64,000 nucleotides of DNA, taken from the NCBI GenBank assembly GCA_041615815.1, contig JBFJCP010000002.1, positions 64,001 through 128,000 of the forward strand. Direction: 5' to 3'. A program made the translations under genes and the position numbers. This DNA is from Gemmatimonadales bacterium (GTDB lineage: Bacteria; Gemmatimonadota; Gemmatimonadetes; Gemmatimonadales; GWC2-71-9). Under the pieces are notes generated by a model. The model saw only the letters and a program-made list of their open reading frames with translations, made no database searches and had not been told where the DNA came from. Below are positions 17,396-26,703 of the stretch, in pieces (positions within the stretch are counted from its first letter, which is position 1; each line of letters begins with the position of its first letter).

Positions 17396-19689
17396 GCAGT
17401 CTCCTGGAGCGGCAGGGGCAAAGACACCACGAAGCGGGTCCCGCCATGCGCTCGGTCTTCCACCCAAATCTCACCATCATGTCGGTCAATGATGCTCCGA
17501 CAGACGGCGAGCCCCAACCCGGTGCCGCGACCCGAGGTCTTCGTTGTGAAGAATGGCTCAAAAATCCGGTGACGCAGTTCCTCCGGCACGCCGGAACCTG
17601 TGTCATCCACGATGATCTCCACCGCGCTGCGATCGGCTGATCGTCGAATGGTGAGCGTCACCTTGCCGCCCGACGGTGTGGCGTCCGCCGCGTTCAAGAG
17701 CAGGTTGAGGCATACGGTCTCGATCGCGGGCTCACTTCCCGAGACTTGCGGCAGCCCCTCAGCGATCTCGGCATCCAGACCGATGTTTCGAGAGGAAAAC
17801 GTTCGTTCGAGGACACGCGCGAGTCGGGCGGCAACATTATCGAGCGCCACAAGTCCCCATTCGTTGGATTCCTGATTGCGAGCGAGACTCAAGAGATCGC
17901 GCGTGACCTCACCAAGTCTTCCCACATGTTCTCGCAACACCGAAAGATCACGAACCAGGAAATCCCCATCCTCATCCGAGCACCGCTGACGGATCTCATC
18001 TTCCATGCACTCGAGACGGTTTCCGATGACTGCAATCGGGTTGTTGAGCTCGTGCGCAATCCCGGCCGCCATGACACTCACAGCGGCGATCCGCTCCGAA
18101 CGCCGCAAGTGCTCTTCCAGACGCTTCTGATCCCGGGTATCGCGAAGAATAAGAGAGTAACCAAAAGGTTCTCCATCCTGATCGCGAATCAGCGTTTGGG
18201 TCAAGCTCAGTGCGATGCGTTCTCCGTCCTTCGATTTTCTCTCCGTGTTGAGGTTGACCACCGCACCGCGTCGTTCGACCTCACGCGCGATGTACCGTTG
18301 CTCGGCCGACGGACCGCTCGAGAGCAGATCAGCGACGTTTCGGTTCAGCGCTTCGGCGGCCTTGTACCCGAAGAGCTCTTCGGCACCCCGGTTCCACACC
18401 CGAACACGTTGGTCCAAGTCCAGGCCGATGATGGCGTCTGCCGAGCGTTCGAGGATGTGTGACAGTTCCGCGTGCGTTTGGCGAAGCGCCTGCGTGCGCT
18501 CTTCGACCAAGCCCTCCAGGTTCTGCCGATGTGCCGTGAGCTGATCCGCCATGGCAGTGAATTCCGCAGCGAGATCCTCCAGCTCATCGTTGGTCTCGAC
18601 GCGCACCGGGATGGTCAACTGGCCCCGAGCGAGACGTTCGGCGCTGCGGCGCAGCCGATAGATCGGCTCCGTGAATTGGCGCGCACCCACCGTCGCGAGC
18701 CCGATGACCGCCCCTAGCATGATCAGCGCGCCCAGTGATACCCATCGGCGAAAGTCCACCACGGAAGCCTCAAGCTGCGAGAGCGGGACGATCCGATAGA
18801 GCACGGGCGCGGGTGCGCCGGTCGCCGTTGTCCACAGTGGGAGAAACCGAACGATGGCACTGTCAGCAGCTTCGAACGTTCCGCTCGCCCCGGCCCGCAG
18901 TGCACGCGCGATGTCTTCCGAAAGCTCGTCTGCGAGGTCTACCTCGTCTCTTGATGCTAACAGGCTGCCCCAGTCGCGCTTGCGGGACGAGTGATAGAGA
19001 TACAAACCATCTGAGCCGATGAGCCCTGTCGTACCCTGAAGGCTGGGGGAACCGTCTTCGATGCCGTCGAACAGCACTGTCGCATACGCTTCACCCACGA
19101 CCGCGCCGGCCAGTACGCTATCGGGTTCATGAACTGGAACGACCACGGCGATCGCCGGAATCGTAGCCAACGTCGAGTCCGCCTCCACATCGGCGCGCAA
19201 TTCGATGGGCAGAACCAGAGTGCTGCCCGGCCCCAACGCAGCAGCCTGAGCGGCGTAGTAGAATCCGCTCCCATCCCCCTCCGATCCGCCAACACGGCCG
19301 TGGTCTGCGCTTCGCACGAAGCGTAAAACGCCATTTTCGTCGACGACTTTGATCTGGAAGAGCGACGGATGTCCGCCGAGAAACACCTGTAACCAAGCTT
19401 CCGCCATCGCCCACTCCCTCGTCGTGGCACCCATCAGGAGCGGGCGGAACAGGACCGCAGCGAGAAACTCCACATCCCGCTCGACTTGTTGAAGACGCCC
19501 GGCGGTCTGCTGCTGCGCCAATTCGAGATCATGTTCTAGCGTCGTCGTTGCCGTGACGCGTAACTGCCGTGAAAACATCTGGGTGGCGAACAACGCTGCA
19601 CCTGCCAGCGGCACAATCGCCAGGAGCGCGAACGCGATCGCCAGCTTGAGACGGATCGAGAGACGGGGAAAGAGTTTGTTAATATTCAT
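17374..19689 (-). CDS. Sensor histidine kinase (periplasmic sensor, HAMP, PAS, HisKA, HATPase)
   Basis: Two TMs; AHELNNP H-box; NAADA, DTGSG, FFTTK, GTGLGL boxes. Confidence 0.95.
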   Translation of the reverse strand: MNINKLFPRLSIRLKLAIAFALLAIVPLAGAALFATQMFSRQLRVTATTTLEHDLELAQQQTAGRLQQVERDVEFLAAVLFRPLLMGATTREWAMAEAWLQVFLGGHPSLFQIKVVDENGVLRFVRSADHGRVGGSEGDGSGFYYAAQAAALGPGSTLVLPIELRADVEADSTLATIPAIAVVVPVHEPDSVLAGAVVGEAYATVLFDGIEDGSPSLQGTTGLIGSDGLYLYHSSRKRDWGSLLASRDEVDLADELSEDIARALRAGASGTFEAADSAIVRFLPLWTTATGAPAPVLYRIVPLSQLEASVVDFRRWVSLGALIMLGAVIGLATVGARQFTEPIYRLRRSAERLARGQLTIPVRVETNDELEDLAAEFTAMADQLTAHRQNLEGLVEERTQALRQTHAELSHILERSADAIIGLDLDQRVRVWNRGAEELFGYKAAEALNRNVADLLSSGPSAEQRYIAREVERRGAVVNLNTERKSKDGERIALSLTQTLIRDQDGEPFGYSLILRDTRDQKRLEEHLRRSERIAAVSVMAAGIAHELNNPIAVIGNRLECMEDEIRQRCSDEDGDFLVRDLSVLREHVGRLGEVTRDLLSLARNQESNEWGLVALDNVAARLARVLERTFSSRNIGLDAEIAEGLPQVSGSEPAIETVCLNLLLNAADATPSGGKVTLTIRRSADRSAVEIIVDDTGSGVPEELRHRIFEPFFTTKTSGRGTGLGLAVCRSIIDRHDGEIWVEDRAHGGTRFVVSLPLPLQETAWTERES

Positions 19690-19772
19690 ACGGACCAGTT
19701 ACCAACGAGCATGGGCGGCGTCCAGCGAGTGACAGGGTCTCCTCGAACAAGGCAAAAAGCGTCGTTGTCATC

Positions 19773-19799
19773 GTGAAGCTTTTATGAAGTTGACGTGAG
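19773..19799. promoter_or_regulatory. Three direct repeats at 11-bp spacing
   Basis: GTGAA 19773, ATGAA 19784, GTGAG 19795 in a divergent intergenic region. Confidence 0.4.
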
Positions 19800-19879
19800 C
19801 AACGGCTCTTGCGAGTTGATCGCCTTCACTACCCGAGACACATTGGTGCACGCTCCAATTCATCGATCGGCCGAGATCC

Positions 19880-20611
19880 ATGACGACGTGTCCGCAGTGT
19901 CATCAGCAAACTCGAGACGGGGTCTGCCCGCGTTGCAACCGGCGCACGACGCGCTCGTGTGCGACCTGCGGCTCCCCACTGGATGCCCGGTACTCGTTTT
20001 GTCCAGCATGCGGAGCGCCGCTCGGTCGGAACCCGGGACTGCTGATACGCCGCCTCGCATGGCTCTTTGGGATCGGCGCGTTGGTGGTCGTGGTCCTCGT
20101 AGCGGCCCGCCTCTCGCGCACCCCACGGCCCACTGCGCCCGCCGCCGTGACCCGCGGCATCCCCGCACCTGACATCAGCGCCATGACCCCCCGTGAACAA
20201 GCCGATGCGCTGTTCACGCGCATCATGAATGCCAGCCGCATCCACGACACGGCGCAGATTCGTTTCTTCCGTCCCATGGCCATCGGTGCGTTTGCCTTGC
20301 TCGACTCCCTCGACCTCGACGCACGTTACCATTTGGGCCTGATCCACGTCATGACCGACGACCTGCCAGCCGCCCGGGCACAACGGGACACGCTGCTGCA
20401 AGAAGCTCCGCGTCACCTCTTGGGATTACAGCTCAGTTACGCGATCGCGCAGCGAGCCGCCGATACCACGCAGATGCGGACCGTCCTCCGAGACTTCCTC
20501 GATGCCTACGGACCCGAGTCGGCGAGCGGCCGACCGGAGTATGCAGATCACGCGGCCACTTTGCAGAACCTCCGACAGGGCGCGCTCGCGGTTCTCGACC
20601 CAACACAATAG
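19880..20611 (+). CDS. Double zinc-ribbon membrane protein with TPR-like helical C-terminus
   Basis: Four CxxC pairs, one TM, helical domain (DLDARYHLGLI). Confidence 0.75.
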   Translation: MTTCPQCHQQTRDGVCPRCNRRTTRSCATCGSPLDARYSFCPACGAPLGRNPGLLIRRLAWLFGIGALVVVVLVAARLSRTPRPTAPAAVTRGIPAPDISAMTPREQADALFTRIMNASRIHDTAQIRFFRPMAIGAFALLDSLDLDARYHLGLIHVMTDDLPAARAQRDTLLQEAPRHLLGLQLSYAIAQRAADTTQMRTVLRDFLDAYGPESASGRPEYADHAATLQNLRQGALAVLDPTQ

Positions 20612-20822
20612 CCAGTCCCTGTCGACCGACCAACTGTACCAAACCAACACAGGCCTGCCCCGGATCATGGCACTACGCCGCTGCGTGATCTACCTCACGT
20701 CTGCATAACTGACCATCACCGCGGCAGTTGCCGTCCTCACGTTTCAGTGCATTTCGGGCATCGTCGTTGCTTCTCCTCCCCATCGGTTGACATCTCGATA
20801 ACACAGAACATGGGAGAGAACG

Positions 20823-21584
20823 ATGAAGACCACGAGCCTTACACTGATGGCGGGGATCGCCCTGCTGGCCGCGTGCAGCGACAGCACGGCCCCCGCAGCG
20901 CCGGGAGCGACACAGGTATCGCTATCCTTCTCCGCCGGGCCGAGCGCTCAACCGGCACCTGTCCAAGCCATGCGGGCCCCTTCATCCGATACGTTGTCGG
21001 ACGGACAGAACCAACTCATCCTGAGCAGCGTCGAGGTGGTGCTGCGCGAGATCGAGCTCAAACGCGTGGAGATCGTGGATTGTGACGTCGAGCCCGAGCC
21101 CGATGGGTGCGAAAAGTTCGAAACCGGACCGATGCTCGTCTCGCTACCGCTCGATGGATCGGTCATGCTCGCCATGACCATCGACGTCGATCCTGCCAGC
21201 TACGACGAGGTGGAGTTCGACATTCACAAAGTGAGCAGCGGTGATCCCGAGGATGCGGCTTTCCGGACTCAGCATCCAGACCTGATCGACACGAGCATCC
21301 GGGTGCGCGGGACCTATAACGGTGCGGACTTCACCTACGTGACCGACCTCATGGACGAGCAACGGTATGACCTCATTCCTGCGCTCGTCATCACCGAGGG
21401 CAGCACGGCGGCCAACGTCACGCTTCACCTCGACGTGTCCAGGTGGTTCCGGGATGCAGCCGGAGCCCTCGTGGATCCAGCGAGCGCCAACAAAGGCGAG
21501 GTCAACGAGAACCTCGTGACTGACAACATCAAGAACTCGATCGATGCGTTCGAAGACGGCGATCGGGATGGCGATCGTAACTAG
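20823..21584 (+). CDS. Lipoprotein, DUF4382-like
   Basis: RBS; lipobox LLAAC; beta-rich acidic body; DGDRDGD terminus. Confidence 0.75.
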   Translation: MKTTSLTLMAGIALLAACSDSTAPAAPGATQVSLSFSAGPSAQPAPVQAMRAPSSDTLSDGQNQLILSSVEVVLREIELKRVEIVDCDVEPEPDGCEKFETGPMLVSLPLDGSVMLAMTIDVDPASYDEVEFDIHKVSSGDPEDAAFRTQHPDLIDTSIRVRGTYNGADFTYVTDLMDEQRYDLIPALVITEGSTAANVTLHLDVSRWFRDAAGALVDPASANKGEVNENLVTDNIKNSIDAFEDGDRDGDRN

Positions 21585-21617
21585 ACAGGGCCGAGGGGTC
21601 ACATAAGGGCAGCACGA

Positions 21618-21648
21618 GACGTCGCCCGGCCACTTGCCGGGCGACGTC
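21618..21648 (+). terminator. GC-rich hairpin, possible terminator
   Basis: Perfect 13-bp stem GACGTCGCCCGGC/GCCGGGCGACGTC with 5-nt loop; weak U tract. Confidence 0.5.
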
Positions 21649-21707
21649 GTTCGTGTCTACCATAGAACAAGCCGCCCCATCCAAGAACCCGCTCAGCGAG
21701 GAACGAC

Positions 21708-22670
21708 ATGGCGACAACTCGTGGGTTGTGGAGTTTCGCGCAAGCAGTGGCTCTCCTCGCGACCGTCGTCCTGATCGGCGCGCTCCTCGCCGTACCGGAC
21801 ACCGGGCTCAAGATTCTCTGGAACGTGTTGATTCCACTCGTTCCTGCCTCGCTCTTGATCACGCCGCACCTCTGGCGCAATGTCTGCCCGCTGGCAACGC
21901 TCAACAAGCTCGGGAACGGTCCCTGGGCCCGACGCACGCTCACCACGCGTATGGCCGCATTGGCCGGAGTCATCGCCATCGTCCTCCTCTTCGCGATGGT
22001 CCCGGCGCGCCGCTTCCTGTTCAACACCGACGGCGTCGCGCTCGCCGCGACGATCGTCGCTGTGGGCGTGCTCGCCCTCGCTCTGGGCGCCGTGTTCGAC
22101 ATGAAGGCCGGGTTCTGCAACGCGATCTGCCCGGTGCTCCCGGTAGAGCGGCTCTACGGCCAGCGACCGCTTGTCAATCTCGGCAATCCCCGTTGTCCCG
22201 CGTGCACGCACTGTACGCAGACCGGGTGTATCGATCTCAACGCAACGAAGTCCGTGGCCCAAACCCTCGGGCCGGCCCGCCGTTCCAGTGCCTGGCTCAC
22301 CACGGGATTCGGGGCCTTCGCTGCCGCGTTCCCGGGATTCGTCATGGGGTATTATGCAACCCAGGATGTGGCACTGCAGGGTGCGGGGGGTGTTTATCTG
22401 GAGGTGTTCCTGTGGGCGATCGCCAGCTACGTCCTCACGACAGCGATCGTCCGTTTCTGGGACATTCCCGCCACCCGCATGCTCCCGATGCTGGGCGGGG
22501 TCGCAGCAGCCGTGTACTATTGGTTCGCGTCACCTCTGCTCGCCGCAGGGCTCAGCCTCGCACCGCTGGAATGGCCACTCCGCATCGGGTTCTTGAGTCT
22601 CGTGGCCGCGTGGAGTTGGAGGGCGGTGCGGCATCCACCACGCGAAGCTCCGTCGCCGGCCCCATCCTGA
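21708..22670 (+). CDS. Polytopic membrane protein with Fe-S-type Cys motifs (4Fe-4S binding family)
   Basis: WRNVCPL, FCNAICPV, CPACTHCTQTGC; multiple TMs. Confidence 0.75.
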   Translation: MATTRGLWSFAQAVALLATVVLIGALLAVPDTGLKILWNVLIPLVPASLLITPHLWRNVCPLATLNKLGNGPWARRTLTTRMAALAGVIAIVLLFAMVPARRFLFNTDGVALAATIVAVGVLALALGAVFDMKAGFCNAICPVLPVERLYGQRPLVNLGNPRCPACTHCTQTGCIDLNATKSVAQTLGPARRSSAWLTTGFGAFAAAFPGFVMGYYATQDVALQGAGGVYLEVFLWAIASYVLTTAIVRFWDIPATRMLPMLGGVAAAVYYWFASPLLAAGLSLAPLEWPLRIGFLSLVAAWSWRAVRHPPREAPSPAPS

Positions 22671-22718
22671 GTCCGTGACGAGTCCGCCGCGCGTCAGCCG
22701 CCGAGTCGAGAGGCGCCC

Positions 22719-23942
22719 TTAGTGCGCGGTCACCGGCTCAGGGACCTTGGGGACGGTGCGCACGAACTGTCCGAAGTGTAGACACTCCTCCAGACGACAG
22801 GACCAGGCGAGCCGACCGTTCCACACGGTCATGTCCGGACACCCGTCGCACATGTTCTGACGCCCATCGGCCAACACGTCGATGGGTTGGATGATCATGA
22901 TAGACTGGAGGTGCAGACGCCGGAATGCGAGACGTGGGTCGACAAGCGCGCGGCGAAATGCCATCCGGATCCCACGGTCCACCGGCCAGAGCCACAACAT
23001 CGAGCGACCGCGCCGGAGCACCGACGGTGGCGAGTACGCGAGGTACCGACCCGTCCGAAGGTGATGCAACGTCTGCGCAAGCTCTACCATCTTGGGGCCG
23101 GCGTAGCCGTAGATCCGACGCGCGGTGCCGATTCGGAGAGACAGGAGCCATTTGAAGGAATCCGGTGTTTCGGTGCCGTTGAGGTAAGCGCAAGGTGAGA
23201 AGTCCGGAAATTCCTCCCGAATCTTCGCCACCACTTCCGGCGCCGTAATGTCGGTCCGCTCGTCTCCCGGCGTGAACCCGTAGGCGAGTGGACCCATGTC
23301 CACTTGCCGGCCACCGGCATAGTACTCGAAGTCCCCCGTTGGAACCGCCGTACGGAAACAGATGAACACCATGACGTGAACGATGTCGATATGTTCTTGT
23401 GCCCACCGTACGAGGTCCGGCACGGCATCGATGGTATCTTCGTAGACCGTCGAGTTGAAGGCACAACCTACTCCCCCCACCCGCGCCACCATCTCCGCGT
23501 AGCGTAACCGCAGGGCGTTGAGCTCCTGCTCGGTCTTCCCTTTCCATTTGGGACGCCCCTGCTTGCTGTCGATGTGAAACGTGAGCCCCACCAGGCCCGC
23601 CGCCTTGAGATCTCGCAACAATTCCTCGTCGAGTGCCAACCCGTTCGTATTGACGATGGGCTTCCATCCCCGCGCCGCCACCATCCGCACGATGTCCACG
23701 ATCTGCGGGTGCGTCAGCGGATCGCCTCCCGCGATGGATACGCCGTCCACCGTGCGCTGCCGCTCGAACACATCGAGGTCCGCCGAGACCGTCTCGAGCG
23801 TTTTGTGCTCGTTCACGTTGGCCCGATAACAGCCGTAACAGGCAAGATTGCATTTGGCTGTCGGCTCGAGCCACCCAATAGCATTGTCCGGCAGGCTCCA
23901 CGGAAGACGGTACAACTCTCGATGATCGAGTGTCACACTCAT
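22719..23942 (-). CDS. Radical SAM protein, function unknown
   Basis: CNLACYGC, GGDPLTHP, NTNG; C-terminal CDGC...SC. Confidence 0.9.
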   Translation of the reverse strand: MSVTLDHRELYRLPWSLPDNAIGWLEPTAKCNLACYGCYRANVNEHKTLETVSADLDVFERQRTVDGVSIAGGDPLTHPQIVDIVRMVAARGWKPIVNTNGLALDEELLRDLKAAGLVGLTFHIDSKQGRPKWKGKTEQELNALRLRYAEMVARVGGVGCAFNSTVYEDTIDAVPDLVRWAQEHIDIVHVMVFICFRTAVPTGDFEYYAGGRQVDMGPLAYGFTPGDERTDITAPEVVAKIREEFPDFSPCAYLNGTETPDSFKWLLSLRIGTARRIYGYAGPKMVELAQTLHHLRTGRYLAYSPPSVLRRGRSMLWLWPVDRGIRMAFRRALVDPRLAFRRLHLQSIMIIQPIDVLADGRQNMCDGCPDMTVWNGRLAWSCRLEECLHFGQFVRTVPKVPEPVTAH

Positions 23943-24233
23943 GAGTCCCTCCCCGGAGATTTGGCCGGCCGGTATCCAACGCGTGCTGCACGAAGAGCCA
24001 CTGTCACTCCGTCGTCCGATGCCGACAATTCCGACGTTGGATGGAGCTGGGCGGTGCTTGGCGGGTGAGATCCTTTGCAGGAAGGGCCTGAAGAAAGAAT
24101 GAAAAACAGCTGAATCGCGCACCCTCACGCCATTGTTACCAGACATCATCTATCGGGATTCAGGCAACACGAGACGCGGCGAAGGGCGCGGTTTGCAGCG
24201 CCACGTTTCGCTGCTGCGCTGGCCGGAAGGACT

Positions 24234-24260
24234 GTGAAGTCTTCATGAAACGACCGTGAA
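24234..24260. promoter_or_regulatory. Three direct repeats at 11-bp spacing
   Basis: GTGAA 24234, ATGAA 24245, GTGAA 24256. Confidence 0.45.
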
Positions 24261-24276
24261 ACCTCGCCCCACCCCA

Positions 24277-24320
24277 TTGACGATTTTACCACAGATTCAA
24301 ATTTTTAACAGAGATTAAAA
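24277..24320 (+). promoter_or_regulatory. Sigma70-like promoter overlapped by tandem operator-like repeats
   Basis: TTGACG at 24277; TTTTACCACAGATTCAAA and TTTTAACAGAGATTAAAA; AT-rich patch before tetR. Confidence 0.55.
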
Positions 24321-24341
24321 TTCCGACCGGGAGCCTCGGAA

Positions 24342-24968
24342 ATGGCACGAGGTTCAGCTGAAGCTGCGCTTTCGCCCCACGTACGCAAGAAACACCGCCA
24401 ACGGCGTACCGAGATCTTGCACGCCGCACTCCGCGCATTCCGCGACAAGGGGTACCACCCCACTACACTCGAGGACATTGCGGAGTACTTGGGCGTCCGC
24501 AAGACGGCGCTCTACCACTACTTCCCGGACAAGGAGGCGATTCTCTACGAGTGCCATCGGGAGTCGCTCGCGGAGGTGGAACGACACCTCCGGGAAGCCA
24601 AGGAGCTGTTCGACGCGGCCCCGGACCGTCTCCGCTACATCATCCGCGAGCACGTGCGGGTGATGACCGAGACGCTCGAAGGCTCGCCCCTCGCCTTCGA
24701 GATCCCCGCCCTCGCACCCAAGCACCAGAGAAAGATCGTGGCTGCGCGCGACCGATATGAGCGCGGCCTACGGAGCATCATCGCTACCGGGATCGATGGC
24801 GGCGAGTTCCGCCACACCGATCCCAAGATTGCGACGTTCGCCATTCTCGGCGCCATCAATTGGATCGCGCGATGGTATCGACCCGAAGGCTCGCTGCATG
24901 CTCCTGAGCTGGGCGACGCCTTCGCCGAACACTTAGTAGGAGGTCTCACATGCCGGCGGGGACGCTAA
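24342..24968 (+). CDS. TetR family transcriptional regulator
   Basis: ILHAALRAFRDKGY..TTLEDIAEYLGVRKTALYHYF; C-terminal GAINWIARWYRPEG. Confidence 0.95.
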   Translation: MARGSAEAALSPHVRKKHRQRRTEILHAALRAFRDKGYHPTTLEDIAEYLGVRKTALYHYFPDKEAILYECHRESLAEVERHLREAKELFDAAPDRLRYIIREHVRVMTETLEGSPLAFEIPALAPKHQRKIVAARDRYERGLRSIIATGIDGGEFRHTDPKIATFAILGAINWIARWYRPEGSLHAPELGDAFAEHLVGGLTCRRGR

Positions 24969-26014
24969 CTCGAGAATTCACAGCGCGGACACCCGATTCC
25001 TTCGCGTTCCGCGACATCCGGTACACCAAAGACGACCAGGTGGCATGGATCACCATTAACCGGCCGGACGCCTACAACGCCTACTCCACTACCGCGCTCG
25101 AGGAACTGGCCACGGCCTTTCGGGACGCGAGTTTCGACGACGCGGTGGGGGTCATCGTCTTCACCGGCGCCGGCGACCGCGCGTTCTGCACGGGCGGCGA
25201 CGTCAAGGAATACGCCGAGAGCTATGTCTCGACTCCGCGAGACTACTGGAAGTACATGGCCCTGTTTCGCGCCTACATCGAAAGCATCCTCAACACCGGC
25301 AAGCCAGTAGTGGCGAGGCTCAATGGGATGGCCGTGGGCGGGGGAAATGAGAGTCAGCTCGCCTGCGATCTGACAGTCATGGCGCAACACACCTACATCA
25401 AACAGGTCGGGACGCACGTGGGGTCGGTGGCTTGCGGCGGCTCCACCCAGTGGCTCCCCATCGTCGTGGGCGACAAACGCGCCCGCGAGATTCTCTTCCT
25501 CAACGAGCCGATTCCCGCCGAGCAGGCGCGCGAGTGGGGCCTCGTGAACTGGGTGGTTCCGTCGGTTCGGAAAGAGGGTGAGTGGGTCGACCACGCGTCA
25601 GCCGAGGAGATTCGCAAGGCGCAACGGGGGAAAGACGGCTACGCCATCGATCTGTCCAAGCTCGATGCCTTTGTCGCAGACCTGTGTCGACGACTCCTGG
25701 CTTCCTTCCCGGAGTGCACCCGCTACACGAAGCAACAGCTCAACTTCTGGAAGGATCTGGCCTGGCATTCCACCGTACGGCATGCGCAAGACTGGCTCTC
25801 CCTGCACTACGCGTGTTGGGAGCCGGTGGAGGGCATGCAGGCGTTCGTCGAGAAGCGAAAGGCGGATTACGGCATGTTGCGTCACCGGGCCGCTCAGGGG
25901 CTGCCAACGGAAACGCCTTGGGGGGCGTTCGTGAACCATTGTGCGGCGTGCGGGGCCAAGTGCTTGCCCGCCGATCACACCTACTGCGGCGCATGCGGCC
26001 GATCGCTCTCGTAA
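24950..26014 (+). CDS. oah: 6-oxocyclohex-1-ene-1-carbonyl-CoA hydrolase (ring-opening crotonase)
   Basis: AFCTGGD, GMAVGGGNE; C-terminal CxxCG...CGxCG ribbon; context of benzoyl-CoA reductase genes. Confidence 0.8.
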   Translation: MPAGTLTREFTARTPDSFAFRDIRYTKDDQVAWITINRPDAYNAYSTTALEELATAFRDASFDDAVGVIVFTGAGDRAFCTGGDVKEYAESYVSTPRDYWKYMALFRAYIESILNTGKPVVARLNGMAVGGGNESQLACDLTVMAQHTYIKQVGTHVGSVACGGSTQWLPIVVGDKRAREILFLNEPIPAEQAREWGLVNWVVPSVRKEGEWVDHASAEEIRKAQRGKDGYAIDLSKLDAFVADLCRRLLASFPECTRYTKQQLNFWKDLAWHSTVRHAQDWLSLHYACWEPVEGMQAFVEKRKADYGMLRHRAAQGLPTETPWGAFVNHCAACGAKCLPADHTYCGACGRSLS

Positions 26015-26703
26015 CCGGCGGAGCCGGCGGTATCGGTCAGGCCATCGTCCAGACCCTGACACCCCACGCCACGGTCGTCGCCGTGGATCGGGTCTCTTGT
26101 GACACACCCGTCGATGGACACTTCAGGGAAACGGATGTGGCGGATCCATCGGCGGTGCGGGAAACCGTGGCGTCCGTGGCGCAGCAGTACGGTGGACTCG
26201 ACTGGGTCGTGTGCGCCGCCGGCATCATCCGCGACAAGGTGAGCTGGAAAATGACGGATGACGACTGGCAGTCCGTCATTGACACGAATCTCACAGGCGC
26301 ATTCAATACCGCGCGGGCTGCTGCCCCGTTCTTGCGCCGCTCGACGGGCGGCCGGCTCGTCCTCATTGGATCCATCAACGGTACGCGTGGACGCTTTGGG
26401 CAGGCCAACTACGCCGCTTCCAAGGCCGGCCTCGTGGGCCTCGGTCGCTCTCTGGCGTTGGAACTTGCGCGAGACGGCGTCACGGTGAACATCGTGACCC
26501 CCGGCTTCATCGATACCCCCATGACGCATGCACTCCCGTCCGAGATGCGTCGGCTTGCGGTGACCCGCACACCGCTCGGTCGGGCTGGGTCTCCCGATGA
26601 CGTCGCATCCGCCGTGCGTTTTCTCTTGAGTCCCGAGGCGGGGTTCATCACCGGGACCGTGCTACCGGTAGACGGTGGCCAGCTCCTGGGGGAGGTGGCG
26701 TGA
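25993..26703 (+). CDS. SDR oxidoreductase (FabG / 3-hydroxyacyl-CoA dehydrogenase-like)
   Basis: TGGAGGIG, YAASK, PGFIDTPM, VDGG. Confidence 0.9.
   Translation: MRPIALVTGGAGGIGQAIVQTLTPHATVVAVDRVSCDTPVDGHFRETDVADPSAVRETVASVAQQYGGLDWVVCAAGIIRDKVSWKMTDDDWQSVIDTNLTGAFNTARAAAPFLRRSTGGRLVLIGSINGTRGRFGQANYAASKAGLVGLGRSLALELARDGVTVNIVTPGFIDTPMTHALPSEMRRLAVTRTPLGRAGSPDDVASAVRFLLSPEAGFITGTVLPVDGGQLLGEVA

Noticed and set aside
19771..19788. Rex operator (TTGTGAA-N4-TTCACAA)
   Set aside because: Spacing and right half-site do not match; better described as 11-bp direct repeats
19880..19905. CPQCH in the zinc-ribbon protein as a heme-binding motif
   Set aside because: It lies at the extreme N-terminus before the TM with no signal peptide and is one of four CxxC pairs, so zinc binding is more likely
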